From an uncultured virus (IMG/VR IMGVR_UViG_3300049139_000197) (taxonomy: Duplodnaviria; Heunggongvirae; Uroviricota; Caudoviricetes), in IMG/VR virus record IMGVR_UViG_3300049139_000197: a DNA stretch of 23,580 nucleotides; one strand, written 5' to 3'. Every line of letters begins with the position of its first letter. Within the stretch, counting starts at the first letter, position 1. Of this stretch, positions 1 through 8,837 are shown piece after piece. Below the pieces are notes generated by a model, which was not told where the DNA came from, made no database searches, and saw nothing but the letters and a program-made list of their open reading frames with translations. The position numbers were made by a program, and so were the translations under genes.

Positions 1-2523
1 CGCGGCGGCGTCCGTGTTGGTGGCGAGTTCGGACAGGACCTTCTCGGCCTCGCGGGCCTTCTCCGACCCTAGGTCGAGGTCACCGTCGCGCATTTTCAGC
101 GCGCTGGCGTGGTCCTTGGTGGCTTCTGTGGCGTCGTCGATGGACTGCTCGAACGCCGACATTGCGGAGCCGGCGGCCCGGTTCACCTCATTCAACGCGG
201 TGATCGCCTGGCGTAGCCCGTCAGCGGACTGCTTCTGCGCGTCCAGCTTCGCCGACGTCTGCTGCGCCGCCTCACCGAACAGGCCCATGGACTGGGCGGC
301 CAACTCCTGCTCGAACTTTGCGTCTGCCAGGGCCGACTTGTAGTCGTCCATCTGGCCGCGGATTTGATCGGCGGAGAAACCCTGGGCCTTCAGTTTCTGG
401 CTGAGGGTGTCCAGGGCCTTCGCCGCGAGGTCGGCCTGCCCGTTCTTGACGAGGTTGGCGAGTGCCTTGTCGACCGCGTCGATGTTCTCCTTGGCTTCCT
501 TGACCGGCGTGGAGTCGGTGCCGAAGAAGGACACGATGGACTGCTGGACCTGGTCCAGGCCCTTGGGGTCGACGACTTTCTGAAGGCTGTCCGCCAGCCC
601 GGACAGGTCCTTACCGAAGGAGCGTGCCGCCTCGCCGGTCACCCGGCCGGTGTCGCCGAGGGTGCGCAGCGACGTGGTGAGCTTGTCGACGTCCGGCGGG
701 GCCTTCTTGCCCATGTCGGATAGCTGCGACAGGGCGATGAGGAGGATGCCGATACCGGAGGCGATGAGGGTGGCCTTGGCGGCGGTGCCGAGGGTGCCGA
801 ACGCGGCGGCGAGGCCGGCCATGCCGCCGCCCGCCCCGGCCGAGGCGACACGCAGAGCGGCGAGGCGGGCGCCCAGGGCGGCGATGCCCCCAGCGATGGC
901 GGCCGCACCAGCCCCGGCGAGCTGTACGAGCTTCAGGCCGGCGGCGACCTGGATGATGATGCCGACGAGCTCGGGCGGGAGTGCGGCGACGAGTTGGGCC
1001 GCGGCGGTGACGAGGGTGAGCAGGCCGGGTCCGGCCTCGGCGGAGGCTTGCAACAGCGTCACGACGGCGTCGGAGATAGCGGACAGTGCTTCCCGTGCTG
1101 CTGGGCCGTTTTCGCGGGCGTAGTCCATGAATGCGGCGATCGGCCCGTCCTGGAAGGCTCCACCTTCGGACAGGACCCGCAGGAAGTGGACGACGCCGTC
1201 GGTCATCTCGTCCAGCTTCCGGCCGGAGAAGTCGGCGAACCGATCGGCCATGGCGTCGAAGCCGGGCGTGGTGATGGCGCCGCCAGCAACGTCGACAAGG
1301 CGCCCTAGCTGCTTGGAAGCCGATTGAACATGCGGGGTAAGCCTGGGGATGAGCGTGTCAAGAACGGTTATCCCGTCGGTGACCGGGTCCATCGTGAACC
1401 CGGCCATCTCGTCCGACCAGTCGCGGAAGTCCTTCTTCAGCGTGCTCAGGGAGACTGCCGCCCGTTGGGTGGCCTCGGGCATGTCGAGAAGTATTTGCCG
1501 GTACTCCTCGGACGCCGTCATGGCCTCCTTGGATGATTTGCCATGCTGCGTTACCGCGTCTCGATACTTCTTGTCGGCGTCTGCGGCCTGCGATAGTGGT
1601 TCGATCTGACCGGCGATGGCGATCCCGAACGCTGCGGCTGTGGTGCCGCCTGTGGCAAACAGGCCCGGCAACGGGGCCAGAGCAGTGGACAGGCCAGCTA
1701 CAAGGGGGACGGCCGCGGGAGCGAGCAGCAGCAGCCCTTTGAGCATCTGCGACCCGGAAGACCCGCCGCCGCTGTTCGACAGGCCTCCGACACGGCCCCG
1801 CAGATCACCCAGCCTGCCCGTTACGCGGGTGAGGGAGCCGTCGAGGTCGTCGAGGTCGCTGCGGAAGGTGCGGGTGCTGCCGGACAGGTTGTCCAGGCGG
1901 GTCTGGCCGAGTCCGGCGGCCCGGTTGAGGGAGCGCATGCCGGCGGTGGCCGCGAGGGACTGGTTACGCAGTACGTCCAGCTGATTGCCGGCGTCCCGCG
2001 CTGCGCGTTGCAGCGTGTTCAGGGTGTGCGCGGTCTGCCGGGCTTCTTCCCTGAGCCGTGCCAGGGAGGCGGCGCCACGGTTGAGGGTGCGGGTGTCGGC
2101 CGTGACCGGGATGGTGATGCCGTTGCTGCCGACGGTGCGCAGGGCCCGCTGGACGTCGGCACGGAGGTGGCCTGCGTCGATGTTCAGGCGGACACGAAGG
2201 CCTTGCCCTGCACCGGCTGCGGTGAGGGCGGTCGCCACGTCCCGGCGCAGGCGTGTGGCGTCAATGTTGATGCGGGCCCGGACCTGCTGACCGGTGCCGG
2301 CGCTGGAGAGCGCGGCTCGGATGTCGCGGCGCAGGTTCGTGGCGTCCAGGCGCACCCTGATTCGGATGTCGCGGGAGGTGGCGGCACGTAGGCGGGTGAT
2401 GTCCTGGCGCAGGGCGTTGACGGCGCGGGAGGCGGTCCGGGCGTCATTGGCGGTGGAGCGAAGGGTGCGGGCGAGGCTGGAGCCCTGACCCGTCAGCCGG
2501 ACACTGAGGTTCCATTCGGACAC
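1..2523 (-). CDS. Tape measure protein (N-terminal 841 codons; runs off the left edge)
   Basis: Absent from the ORF track because it has no stop in the window. GTG at 2523-2521 follows RBS AGGAAGGAG. My translation (MSEWNLSVRLTGQGSSLARTLR...) stays open to base 1 and is Ala/Leu/Gly-rich and helical with hydrophobic stretches. It lies directly after the tail assembly chaperone pair. Confidence 0.9.
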   Translation of the reverse strand, partial: MSEWNLSVRLTGQGSSLARTLRSTANDARTASRAVNALRQDITRLRAATSRDIRIRVRLDATNLRRDIRAALSSAGTGQQVRARINIDATRLRRDVATALTAAGAGQGLRVRLNIDAGHLRADVQRALRTVGSNGITIPVTADTRTLNRGAASLARLREEARQTAHTLNTLQRAARDAGNQLDVLRNQSLAATAGMRSLNRAAGLGQTRLDNLSGSTRTFRSDLDDLDGSLTRVTGRLGDLRGRVGGLSNSGGGSSGSQMLKGLLLLAPAAVPLVAGLSTALAPLPGLFATGGTTAAAFGIAIAGQIEPLSQAADADKKYRDAVTQHGKSSKEAMTASEEYRQILLDMPEATQRAAVSLSTLKKDFRDWSDEMAGFTMDPVTDGITVLDTLIPRLTPHVQSASKQLGRLVDVAGGAITTPGFDAMADRFADFSGRKLDEMTDGVVHFLRVLSEGGAFQDGPIAAFMDYARENGPAAREALSAISDAVVTLLQASAEAGPGLLTLVTAAAQLVAALPPELVGIIIQVAAGLKLVQLAGAGAAAIAGGIAALGARLAALRVASAGAGGGMAGLAAAFGTLGTAAKATLIASGIGILLIALSQLSDMGKKAPPDVDKLTTSLRTLGDTGRVTGEAARSFGKDLSGLADSLQKVVDPKGLDQVQQSIVSFFGTDSTPVKEAKENIDAVDKALANLVKNGQADLAAKALDTLSQKLKAQGFSADQIRGQMDDYKSALADAKFEQELAAQSMGLFGEAAQQTSAKLDAQKQSADGLRQAITALNEVNRAAGSAMSAFEQSIDDATEATKDHASALKMRDGDLDLGSEKAREAEKVLSELATNTDAAA

Positions 2524-2541
2524 GGCGGGCTCCTTCCTGCG

Positions 2542-2922
2542 CTAGTCGTGCTGGGCGGTGCGGGCGAGTTCGAGTGCGGCGTGGACGCTGGTGGGGATGA
2601 GGGCGACTTTCACGCCGTGTCCCTCGGGCCCGTCGGGGACTTCCTTTTGCCGGTCGGCGATGGTCTGGCAGCCGATGCAGCGGTGGGTGACGGCGGTGTA
2701 GGCGAACTCGTCGCCGCCGGCGTGTTCGTCCCACTCTTCGGGGCGGGTGCCGCAGGACGGGCAGACCCTGCGCAGGTGCTCCTCCAGGGCGAGGGCTTTA
2801 CGGCGGTCCAGATCGGACCAGGTGCCGTCGCCGTGACCTCGGAAATAGCTGTGCGGGATGCGGTATGCCCTGCACAGTTCCATCTCGGCACGGAAGGCGG
2901 CATCATCGATCAGCCTTTTCCC
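2542..2922 (-). CDS. Tail assembly chaperone, frameshifted C-terminal extension (gpT-like)
   Basis: The -1 frame from the slippery site reads GKRLIDDAAFRAEMELCRAYRIPHSYF...CPSCG...CIGC...AQHD*. It lies between the gpG-like gene and the tape measure gene. Confidence 0.8.
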   Translation of the reverse strand, partial: GKRLIDDAAFRAEMELCRAYRIPHSYFRGHGDGTWSDLDRRKALALEEHLRRVCPSCGTRPEEWDEHAGGDEFAYTAVTHRCIGCQTIADRQKEVPDGPEGHGVKVALIPTSVHAALELARTAQHD

Positions 2923-3464
2923 AGGTCGGTGCGCTTGACGTGCTGGATGGACCAGGCGGCCCGCCACAGATCGGCGGCATCCTCCGGCCCCCAGGTCTTG
3001 AGGTACCGGGCGGCGTCCTCGGCGGGCATCCCGTCGAGGGAGGCGGCAGAGATGAGGGCGGGAGCGAACGTGTCGAACGCGAAGTTGAGCCCTTCGGCCT
3101 CTTCTTCTTCGCTCGGCTTGTGCTTCTCCTGAAGGTCGTCCAGCTCCTGTTGCTCCAGGGTCTGGAAGCGCAGGGTGATGGTCGCCGCGTCGTAGGCCTT
3201 CTGTGCTGCGGCGAGTTCCGCCTTGGCGTCCTTGGCCTGCTTCTCCACCGCGGCCAGCGCCTCGGGGTCGAATGCGTCGGCCTTGTCGGCTTGGGCCTTG
3301 ACCTGCGTCAGGTAGGTGTTGGCGTCCTCCGAGGTGCGCTGGGCGGCCCGGTAGCGTTCGCGGATTTCGGGGTCCTCGCACAGCGCGAACGTGCGGATGG
3401 GCTTCTTGACGTTGTCGAGGCGCTTCTTGAGGGCGTCCCAGCTGCTGCTGGCGGTGCTGGCCAT
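2910..3464 (-). CDS. Tail assembly chaperone (gpG-like), 184 aa
   Basis: ATG at 3464 follows GGAGA (MASTASSSWDALKK...). The protein is helical, ends ...TDLGKG* over the slippery site, and lies between the tail tube and tape measure genes. Confidence 0.82.
   Translation of the reverse strand: MASTASSSWDALKKRLDNVKKPIRTFALCEDPEIRERYRAAQRTSEDANTYLTQVKAQADKADAFDPEALAAVEKQAKDAKAELAAAQKAYDAATITLRFQTLEQQELDDLQEKHKPSEEEEAEGLNFAFDTFAPALISAASLDGMPAEDAARYLKTWGPEDAADLWRAAWSIQHVKRTDLGKG
2916..2922 (-). promoter_or_regulatory. Programmed -1 ribosomal frameshift slippery site G GGA AAA
   Basis: Minus strand reads CTG GGA AAA GGC TGA at the end of the chaperone gene. This is an X XXY YYZ heptamer, and the -1 frame stays open to 2542. 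Confidence 0.85.
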
Positions 3465-3487
3465 TGGTGGGTCTCCGAGGGGGAAGG

Positions 3488-3540
3488 CCCGGCCGGGCGC
3501 GCGTGGCGCCCTTCCCGTGTACGCCACGGGCCCGGCCGGG
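3488..3540 (-). terminator. Long GC-rich hairpin after the tail tube gene (terminator/stabiliser candidate)
   Basis: Inverted arms CCCGGCCGGGC..CGTGGCG / CGCCACG..GCCCGGCCGGG in the intergenic gap; no U tract. Confidence 0.45.
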
Positions 3541-3567
3541 GGCTGGTGGGGTGTGCTTCGGCCGGGA

Positions 3568-4041
3568 TCAGGTGAGCGTCGGGACGGTGCCGTTGAACAG
3601 CGGCCGCGAGGTGATCGTGAACTGCACGGTGATCTTCGCGGCCTCGTTGTCCGTGGTGTACGCCTTGGAGTTGGAGACGACAGTGGCTGGGAAGATGTCC
3701 ATGCCCTTCGCGCCCGTCGTCAGCCCTTTGGAGAAGATGGCGACGAAGCCGGACGTGCCCTTGGCCAGTTCGGTTTCGATGTCGTCGGCCGTGCTGTCCT
3801 CGTAGAAGGTCAGGGAGGAGTCCGCTGCGGAGTCGTCTCCGCCGATCTTCGACACGAATGTGGACGCCATGTCCGGCGTCTCGATGGGGCTGTTCTCCAG
3901 CGACCAGCCGTCGATCGCGTTGATCTGCTGGGTGTAGTCCGTGCCGCCGTCGATCTCGGCGCCAGTCGGGACCAGCGTTGAGGAGGCGACGGTGGGCAGG
4001 AAGTAGATCTTGGTGGTGCCCTTGCGGTTGAACCTTGGCAT
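3568..4041 (-). CDS. Major tail (tube) protein, 157 aa
   Basis: MPRFNRKGTTKIYFLPTVAS...; beta-rich Thr/Ser/Asp composition and typical tail-tube size; lies between the tail completion and chaperone genes. Confidence 0.85.
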   Translation of the reverse strand: MPRFNRKGTTKIYFLPTVASSTLVPTGAEIDGGTDYTQQINAIDGWSLENSPIETPDMASTFVSKIGGDDSAADSSLTFYEDSTADDIETELAKGTSGFVAIFSKGLTTGAKGMDIFPATVVSNSKAYTTDNEAAKITVQFTITSRPLFNGTVPTLT

Positions 4042-4087
4042 GTTGGCCCCTCGCGGATAGGGGCCGAACGGTGGGGGCCCCTGCTAC

Positions 4088-4153
4088 ACGTGTCTGGTGT
4101 GGCGGCCACCAGTTGTGGTGGCGTCCGCGTGGGGTCCCGCCGCGGTGCGGTTG
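4088..4153 (-). promoter_or_regulatory. Structured leader element, copy A (upstream of tail tube gene)
   Basis: Minus strand CAACCGCAC..GGGACC..GCG-GAC-GCCACCA-caac-TGGTGGC-CGC..CACGT; same block order as the copy at 9601-9677. Confidence 0.5.
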
Positions 4154-4167
4154 CGCATGCCGCCGTG

Positions 4168-4635
4168 TTAGGCGGTCTTCTCCAGGTACAGCCGGTACCT
4201 GATCACACTGGTGATGATGGCATCTTCCGCGTTGTCCGTTCCCCCGGCTTCCCTGGCCTCCCTGCGGTAGCAGCCCACACCGTCACCGACGTTGAGGGTG
4301 TGCAGGTATCCGGAGCTGCCGTCTGCGGGGCGTTCCACGACCTTCCAGCCGCGGTCGGCGAGCCACTGCGCCTGCTCGTCTCCGCCGCGGCTGTCGGGTA
4401 CGCCGGGCTGCGGGCCGGAGACGAACGTGGCCTGGTAGTCGAACACGGCGGCCGTCTGGTTGTCGGCGAGGGTGTTGGTGTCGTCCCCGCGGTCCAGCGG
4501 GTAGAGGATCGTGTAGGGCGGGGGCAGTGGCCGTCCGGCAGCGTCGAGGGGGACGGTGCGGCGTCCTACCGGCCGGCCGGTGAGGGTGGCGAGGAGCGTC
4601 TGGAGCCCTTCGGTGACGGGCAGTCGTTCGATCAC
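4168..4635 (-). CDS. Tail completion/terminator protein, 155 aa
   Basis: Immediately upstream of the tail tube gene; PPPYTILYP and YQATFV pattern resembles siphovirus tail terminators. Confidence 0.7.
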   Translation of the reverse strand: MIERLPVTEGLQTLLATLTGRPVGRRTVPLDAAGRPLPPPYTILYPLDRGDDTNTLADNQTAAVFDYQATFVSGPQPGVPDSRGGDEQAQWLADRGWKVVERPADGSSGYLHTLNVGDGVGCYRREAREAGGTDNAEDAIITSVIRYRLYLEKTA

Positions 4636-4637
4636 GG

Positions 4638-5033
4638 TCAGCTCCCGAAGATTCGGCCCAGGGCGTCCCTGAAAGCCTGCTCGTAGTCGGACGCCAGTTC
4701 GTCCACTGCGGGCTGGACGTGCGGGAACGGCGGCTGGAAGTAGTGACGGCCGATGCTGTCCGTCATGTCGTAGAAGCCGTACTCCAGGCGCCGACCCTGC
4801 GGCTTCGTAGTGCCAACCACCGCTCCCCCACCGTCAGGAACGGCGAACGGCTTTGGGGGCTCCCAGGAGTCGAAGTAGTCACCCGTGATGATGTTCGGGC
4901 CCGGTCGTCCGGAGGCGTTGAAGCGGATCATGGCGCGGACCAGTCGCGCTTGCTGCTGCACGGTGCGGTCCGTTTCCGGGCCGACTCGGTCAGCGGCCCG
5001 TTCAAGGCGCGGCGCGAGGTCCTCGAGGTCCAT
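4638..5033 (-). CDS. HK97 gp10-like neck/tail-completion protein, 131 aa
   Basis: ATG in a TAATG overlap at 5033 (MDLEDLAPRL...). Motifs TGDYFDSW, RRLEYG and QPPFPHVQPA. The ORF-track extension to 5549 is not credible. Confidence 0.78.
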   Translation of the reverse strand: MDLEDLAPRLERAADRVGPETDRTVQQQARLVRAMIRFNASGRPGPNIITGDYFDSWEPPKPFAVPDGGGAVVGTTKPQGRRLEYGFYDMTDSIGRHYFQPPFPHVQPAVDELASDYEQAFRDALGRIFGS

Positions 5034-5479
5034 TAGCTGGCCGCCGTCCCGTTGTTCTGGATCTGGTCCAGGCCGGTGATCCTGACGACACCCAGGGTGC
5101 CGCCGACGGACGGGTCCAGGGCCCGCCACTGCCGGCCGAGCATCGTCAGGTCCCCGCCCGGGTGGATCGCGACGACGGTGACGATGGTGTCCCGGGCTGC
5201 GATGGGCGCCTCCCGGGGGGTGAGGGCCTTGTAGCGGGAGCGGGTCTCGTCGGTCCAGGGAAGGTTGGGGATGGGCATCGCGGTGACACCGTCGGACGTT
5301 CCGGAGACCTGCACTGCGCCGGGCCCTTCGTAGATCAGGTCGCCTTCCGGGTAGACGTACAGGCCAGCGGCCGTGTCGAAGACGGGGGTGCCCGCTGCGG
5401 GTGTGGTGAAGCGGACCGTGTCGAGGAGCACCAGGTTCTGAACGACGGCGGCGATGCCGGAGAGGTCGAGGCCGGCCAT
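5033..5479 (-). CDS. Head closure/head-tail adaptor protein (DUF6093-like), 148 aa
   Basis: ATG in a TGATG overlap at 5479 (MAGLDLSGIAA...). IYEGPGAVQ and DTIVTVVA pattern; lies upstream of the gp10-like gene. Confidence 0.65.
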   Translation of the reverse strand: MAGLDLSGIAAVVQNLVLLDTVRFTTPAAGTPVFDTAAGLYVYPEGDLIYEGPGAVQVSGTSDGVTAMPIPNLPWTDETRSRYKALTPREAPIAARDTIVTVVAIHPGGDLTMLGRQWRALDPSVGGTLGVVRITGLDQIQNNGTAAS

Positions 5480-5868
5480 CAGGATCCTCCTCCCCCGGTC
5501 GCCCACTCGGTGAGCGTGGCGAGCATCGCCCGCGCGGTGGCGCCTTCACCGCCGCCGTAGTCGGACCGGTTCAACGCCTGCTGATCCAGCAGGACGGGGT
5601 CGACCTCCGCGAGGAACGCGGCCACGATCTCTCCAGGGCTCTTGGTGACGCCGACCGCTACCCGGGCCAGGCCCTCAAAGGCAGTCCCGTCGGGATGCCG
5701 GGTGTGCAGCACGAGGGTGGGCAGGGCGACTTGGATGTCGTGGTGCAGGCTGTAACCGGTGACCTGGCCGGACGGCAGGGGCGTGCCGTCGAGCGTGATG
5801 GTGGCGTGGCCAGGCTGGGCGTTGATACGGACGCCGTGCGCCTGCGGCTCGTCGGGGCGCTCAGTCAT
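5479..5868 (-). CDS. Hypothetical protein, 129 aa
   Basis: Overlaps both neighbours; globular-looking sequence with G/C third-position bias. Confidence 0.75.
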   Translation of the reverse strand: MTERPDEPQAHGVRINAQPGHATITLDGTPLPSGQVTGYSLHHDIQVALPTLVLHTRHPDGTAFEGLARVAVGVTKSPGEIVAAFLAEVDPVLLDQQALNRSDYGGGEGATARAMLATLTEWATGGGGS

Positions 5869-6100
5869 CTTCGCCCTTCCGTCCGATGCTGGTCTGGTTA
5901 ATGATCTGCTGAGCGGAGGCTAGGAGCCCGTTCTGCTCGATCCACGACAAGCCGTCGCTGGAGGCGATGGCGAGGGAGACGTCGCCGTCAGCTTCGATGA
6001 CCTTGGCGATGACGAACGCGGACGCGACGAGGTCCCCTTCGTCAAGGTCGATGGTGGTGCCGAGTCCGTCGAGAATCGGCCCGATGGGCTGTTCGGTCAC
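5861..6100 (-). CDS. Hypothetical protein, 79 aa
   Basis: GTGA overlap with the upstream stop; acidic compact product. Confidence 0.72.
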   Translation of the reverse strand: MTEQPIGPILDGLGTTIDLDEGDLVASAFVIAKVIEADGDVSLAIASSDGLSWIEQNGLLASAQQIINQTSIGRKGEDD

Positions 6101-6939
6101 AGGGTCGCTCCGGTGCGGATCTCGGTTCGGCCGATGAGGTCCATGCGGGGCAGCAGCTCTCTTTGGCAGTTCGGGTGTGCGGAGGGGTGGGCGAGGGCGT
6201 CCTGGACGGTCCGCAGTGTGCGGTTCGCGCGGTCGGGATCATCGTGGCTCGTCCAGCCACACGCGGCGCCGTCCCGGATCTCCACCCACTCGGTGCCGAG
6301 TTCGTCCAGGGCGGTGCGGGCGGCCGCGGTGTTGGCTGTAGTGACGGCCTGCCAGGTGATGGCTGCTCGGGCCCACGACTCGACTGGGTGTCGGCTGTTG
6401 TTGGCGTATACGACGGTGTCCAGCGGGTGGGCGTCACGTAGGGCGGCGATGTCGAAGCGGGCGGCGTCGGAGCGGGCCATGTCCTGGGCGGCGCGGAGGA
6501 AGGCACGGGCGCGGCGCAGGGCTTCTTGGATGCGGCCGGTGAGGTCGGCGTAGTACTGGGCGGACGCTGCGGTGACGGCGGCTCGGTGTCGGTCGGTCCA
6601 CCGGAACAGGGTGGTGGGGCGCAGGGCGTTGTCGAGGAGCGTCCAGGCGCCTTCGCGGTAGATGAGGGGAAGGTCGGTGGCGGACCATCGTTCGGCGAAC
6701 GCCATGATCGTGCGGTTGAACTCGGCGAGGGACGTGTTGAACGTGGCGATAGCTGCGCGCAGGGCGCGCCCGGTGCCGGCGGACCGTCCGGGCCGGATCC
6801 GAGTGAGCGCGTTCAGCAGCCTGGTCTGCGCTGTGGTGAGGATCGACCAGGCGGAGCGGAGACGGTCGACCGCGTCGGTGATGAAGCCGAGGAGACGCTG
6901 GCGCAGGGTGCGGCCGCGGCGCCGAACCGGGGTAGTCAT
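6097..6939 (-). CDS. Minor capsid / MuF-like head morphogenesis protein, 280 aa
   Basis: Long helical N-terminal part, then WVEIRDGAACG and the C-terminal HPNC motif (SAHPNCQREL) typical of MuF/minor capsid families; ATGA coupling. Confidence 0.65.
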   Translation of the reverse strand: MTTPVRRRGRTLRQRLLGFITDAVDRLRSAWSILTTAQTRLLNALTRIRPGRSAGTGRALRAAIATFNTSLAEFNRTIMAFAERWSATDLPLIYREGAWTLLDNALRPTTLFRWTDRHRAAVTAASAQYYADLTGRIQEALRRARAFLRAAQDMARSDAARFDIAALRDAHPLDTVVYANNSRHPVESWARAAITWQAVTTANTAAARTALDELGTEWVEIRDGAACGWTSHDDPDRANRTLRTVQDALAHPSAHPNCQRELLPRMDLIGRTEIRTGATL

Positions 6940-7277
6940 CGCCGGGGCCGTTCAACGAGGCGGAACATGCCGAGCTGGACGGTGCCGTCGCTGCCGGTGC
7001 CGGGCGGGTCGTCCGGGGCGGGCGGCTCCCCGGACTCGAGGAGGGCGATCTGCCGCTCGAGGGCCCTGATGTTCTCCGTGAAGGTAACGCCGACCACGCC
7101 GGGCACTTGGACGCTGGCCGGCTGCTGAATGAGGGCGGCCTTGCGTTCGTAGAGGACTTCGATGGCGACAGCGCGTGCGGTGCCGAGGCGGGTGTAGCGG
7201 GTTTCCAGGTCGGCGAGGGGTGTGGCCGGGCCGAGCTGGGCGAGGAGCCAGGCTTGCACGGTGGCGGTGAGGGCCAT
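6936..7277 (-). CDS. Head-to-tail connector/adaptor, 113 aa
   Basis: Helical protein of about 110 aa downstream of the capsid unit; RBS GGGAGGA. Confidence 0.6.
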   Translation of the reverse strand: MALTATVQAWLLAQLGPATPLADLETRYTRLGTARAVAIEVLYERKAALIQQPASVQVPGVVGVTFTENIRALERQIALLESGEPPAPDDPPGTGSDGTVQLGMFRLVERPRR

Positions 7278-7322
7278 GGCTGTTGTCCTCCCGGGGCGTG
7301 GGGTTGGTGTGGGAAGGGTGCG

Positions 7323-7375
7323 AGGGTGCGGGCCCGCCGGTTGGCGCCCCCACCATTGGGGCGGGCCCGCACCCT
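7323..7375 (-). terminator. Inverted repeat (16-bp stem) ending the capsid transcription unit
   Basis: AGGGTGCGGGCCCGCC (7323-7338) pairs perfectly with GGCGGGCCCGCACCCT (7360-7375), directly after the stop at 7377. Confidence 0.6.
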
Positions 7376-7376
7376 G

Positions 7377-7769
7377 CTATTCGCCGCTGGTGCCCTCGCC
7401 TGCGGCGTCCCGGCCCCGGGGCCGGTTGGACGCCGCGGTCTTACGCGCGGCGGTCTTCTTGGCCGTCGGGGCGGCCTGTTCGTCAGCCGTGCCGCCAGGC
7501 TCTGCGGAGTCGTCGCCAGAGGCGGCGTCCTCGCTGGCGGTAGGGCCCTCGGTGTCCGTCGTGGTCTGGGCCGGACCAGATTCCTGGTCGTCCTGTTCCT
7601 CGGCGGCGATGGCGCGCTTCACCGCGGCGGGCAGCTTGCCGCCCTCCCAGCACGCCGGGTTGCGGATCAGAACGGCGTGTTCCGGGGCCGGTTCCTCGCC
7701 CTCGTTGAAGACGAGGTCACGGTGCCGGTTCGGGTCGCGCACGATGACGGCGCGTGCGAGCTTGGCCAC
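7377..7769 (-). CDS. Small capsid-adjacent protein with acidic disordered tail, 130 aa
   Basis: GTG just after the capsid stop with RBS GGAGG; short folded N-terminus ending LIRNPACWEGG, then an acidic/Ala low-complexity tail. Confidence 0.75.
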   Translation of the reverse strand: MAKLARAVIVRDPNRHRDLVFNEGEEPAPEHAVLIRNPACWEGGKLPAAVKRAIAAEEQDDQESGPAQTTTDTEGPTASEDAASGDDSAEPGGTADEQAAPTAKKTAARKTAASNRPRGRDAAGEGTSGE

Positions 7770-7772
7770 GGG

Positions 7773-8819
7773 TCAGTCCTCCAGGACGGTCGCGGCGATG
7801 TGGATGTCCGGGCTGTACATGACCGGCATCGCCACGGCGTTGGCGGTGGTGGAGAACTGGACCGGGTTGGACTTCTTCTCCATGGTCACGTAGATGCCGG
7901 GCTCCTGCTGCGCGACCACGCCCGGGTTGTCGTCGCCGGCCAGTTCGATCTGCTCGGCAGTGACGCCGTACTGGGTTTCCGCCCACTCAGACCGATTTGC
8001 GGGGATCATCGCCCACAGACCCTCGGGGGTGGTGCGCACCCACTTGTCGTCGTTCCACACCTGCACGTCGTAGGTGACGACCGGCGGCAGGTTCCAGCGG
8101 GCGCGGACGGTGTTGACGTCGCCGGGGGCGAGCGTCGCGGAGGGGGTGGAGCCGGTGGGCGTGTTGTAGAACGCGGCCCGGTACTCCAGGTTGGATGCCA
8201 GCAGGGACAAGGCGCGTTCGGAGGTGACGACCTGCGCCGGCCGGGGTGCGCCGATGGACTTGAGGTAGCGGATCCACGCCATCTCGTCGGTGAGGGGGGT
8301 GGCCGCGGGGTCGTCCCACGGGGTGGCGGCGGTCGGCTTGTTCAGGGCCGGGACCTGCCAGTTCACGTCCAGGCCGACGCCGGGCAGGTTGACGATGCCG
8401 GTGGACAGCATCTCACCGGCGGCGATCTCCATGGCCGTCTTGACGGACTCGAAGTGCCGGTCCAGGTCGTCGTACAGCTTCTCGATGAAGTCCTGGTCGT
8501 CCTGGCCGCGGCTCGCGTTCATCAGGATGATCGCGAGTTCGTCCATCTCGAGGGTCTGCCCGATCGGCGGCAGCATGCCCTCGTTGACGACCCGCTCGGC
8601 CTGACGCTTGGCCATCACGGTCGGCGCGCCGTAGGAGCGGAACTTCGCGGCGTTGACGCGACGCTTGCTGCGCTCGGTGCGGAACTTTACGGAGTTGATG
8701 AACCGCTCCGGGAACACCGTGCGGGTCAGGTAGTAGTCCTCCGGCGTGGGCAGGCCCCGCACGTAGGTGTTGATGTCCTCGGCGGTGACGTTCCGCAGGA
8801 GGCGCTCGAGGGTGCTCAT
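7773..8819 (-). CDS. Major capsid protein (lambda gpE-like family), 348 aa
   Basis: RBS AGGAGG; size, strong codon bias, position after scaffold and decoration genes; TAMEIAAGEMLSTG and PWDDPAATPLTD pattern. Confidence 0.88.
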   Translation of the reverse strand: MSTLERLLRNVTAEDINTYVRGLPTPEDYYLTRTVFPERFINSVKFRTERSKRRVNAAKFRSYGAPTVMAKRQAERVVNEGMLPPIGQTLEMDELAIILMNASRGQDDQDFIEKLYDDLDRHFESVKTAMEIAAGEMLSTGIVNLPGVGLDVNWQVPALNKPTAATPWDDPAATPLTDEMAWIRYLKSIGAPRPAQVVTSERALSLLASNLEYRAAFYNTPTGSTPSATLAPGDVNTVRARWNLPPVVTYDVQVWNDDKWVRTTPEGLWAMIPANRSEWAETQYGVTAEQIELAGDDNPGVVAQQEPGIYVTMEKKSNPVQFSTTANAVAMPVMYSPDIHIAATVLED

Positions 8820-8837
8820 GGTCGGTGGCCTCCTGGC

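Noticed and set aside
2923..3381. N-terminal part of the 279-aa ORF 2542..3381
   Set aside because: Arg-rich off-frame reading of the chaperone gene; only the part after the slippery site is credible.
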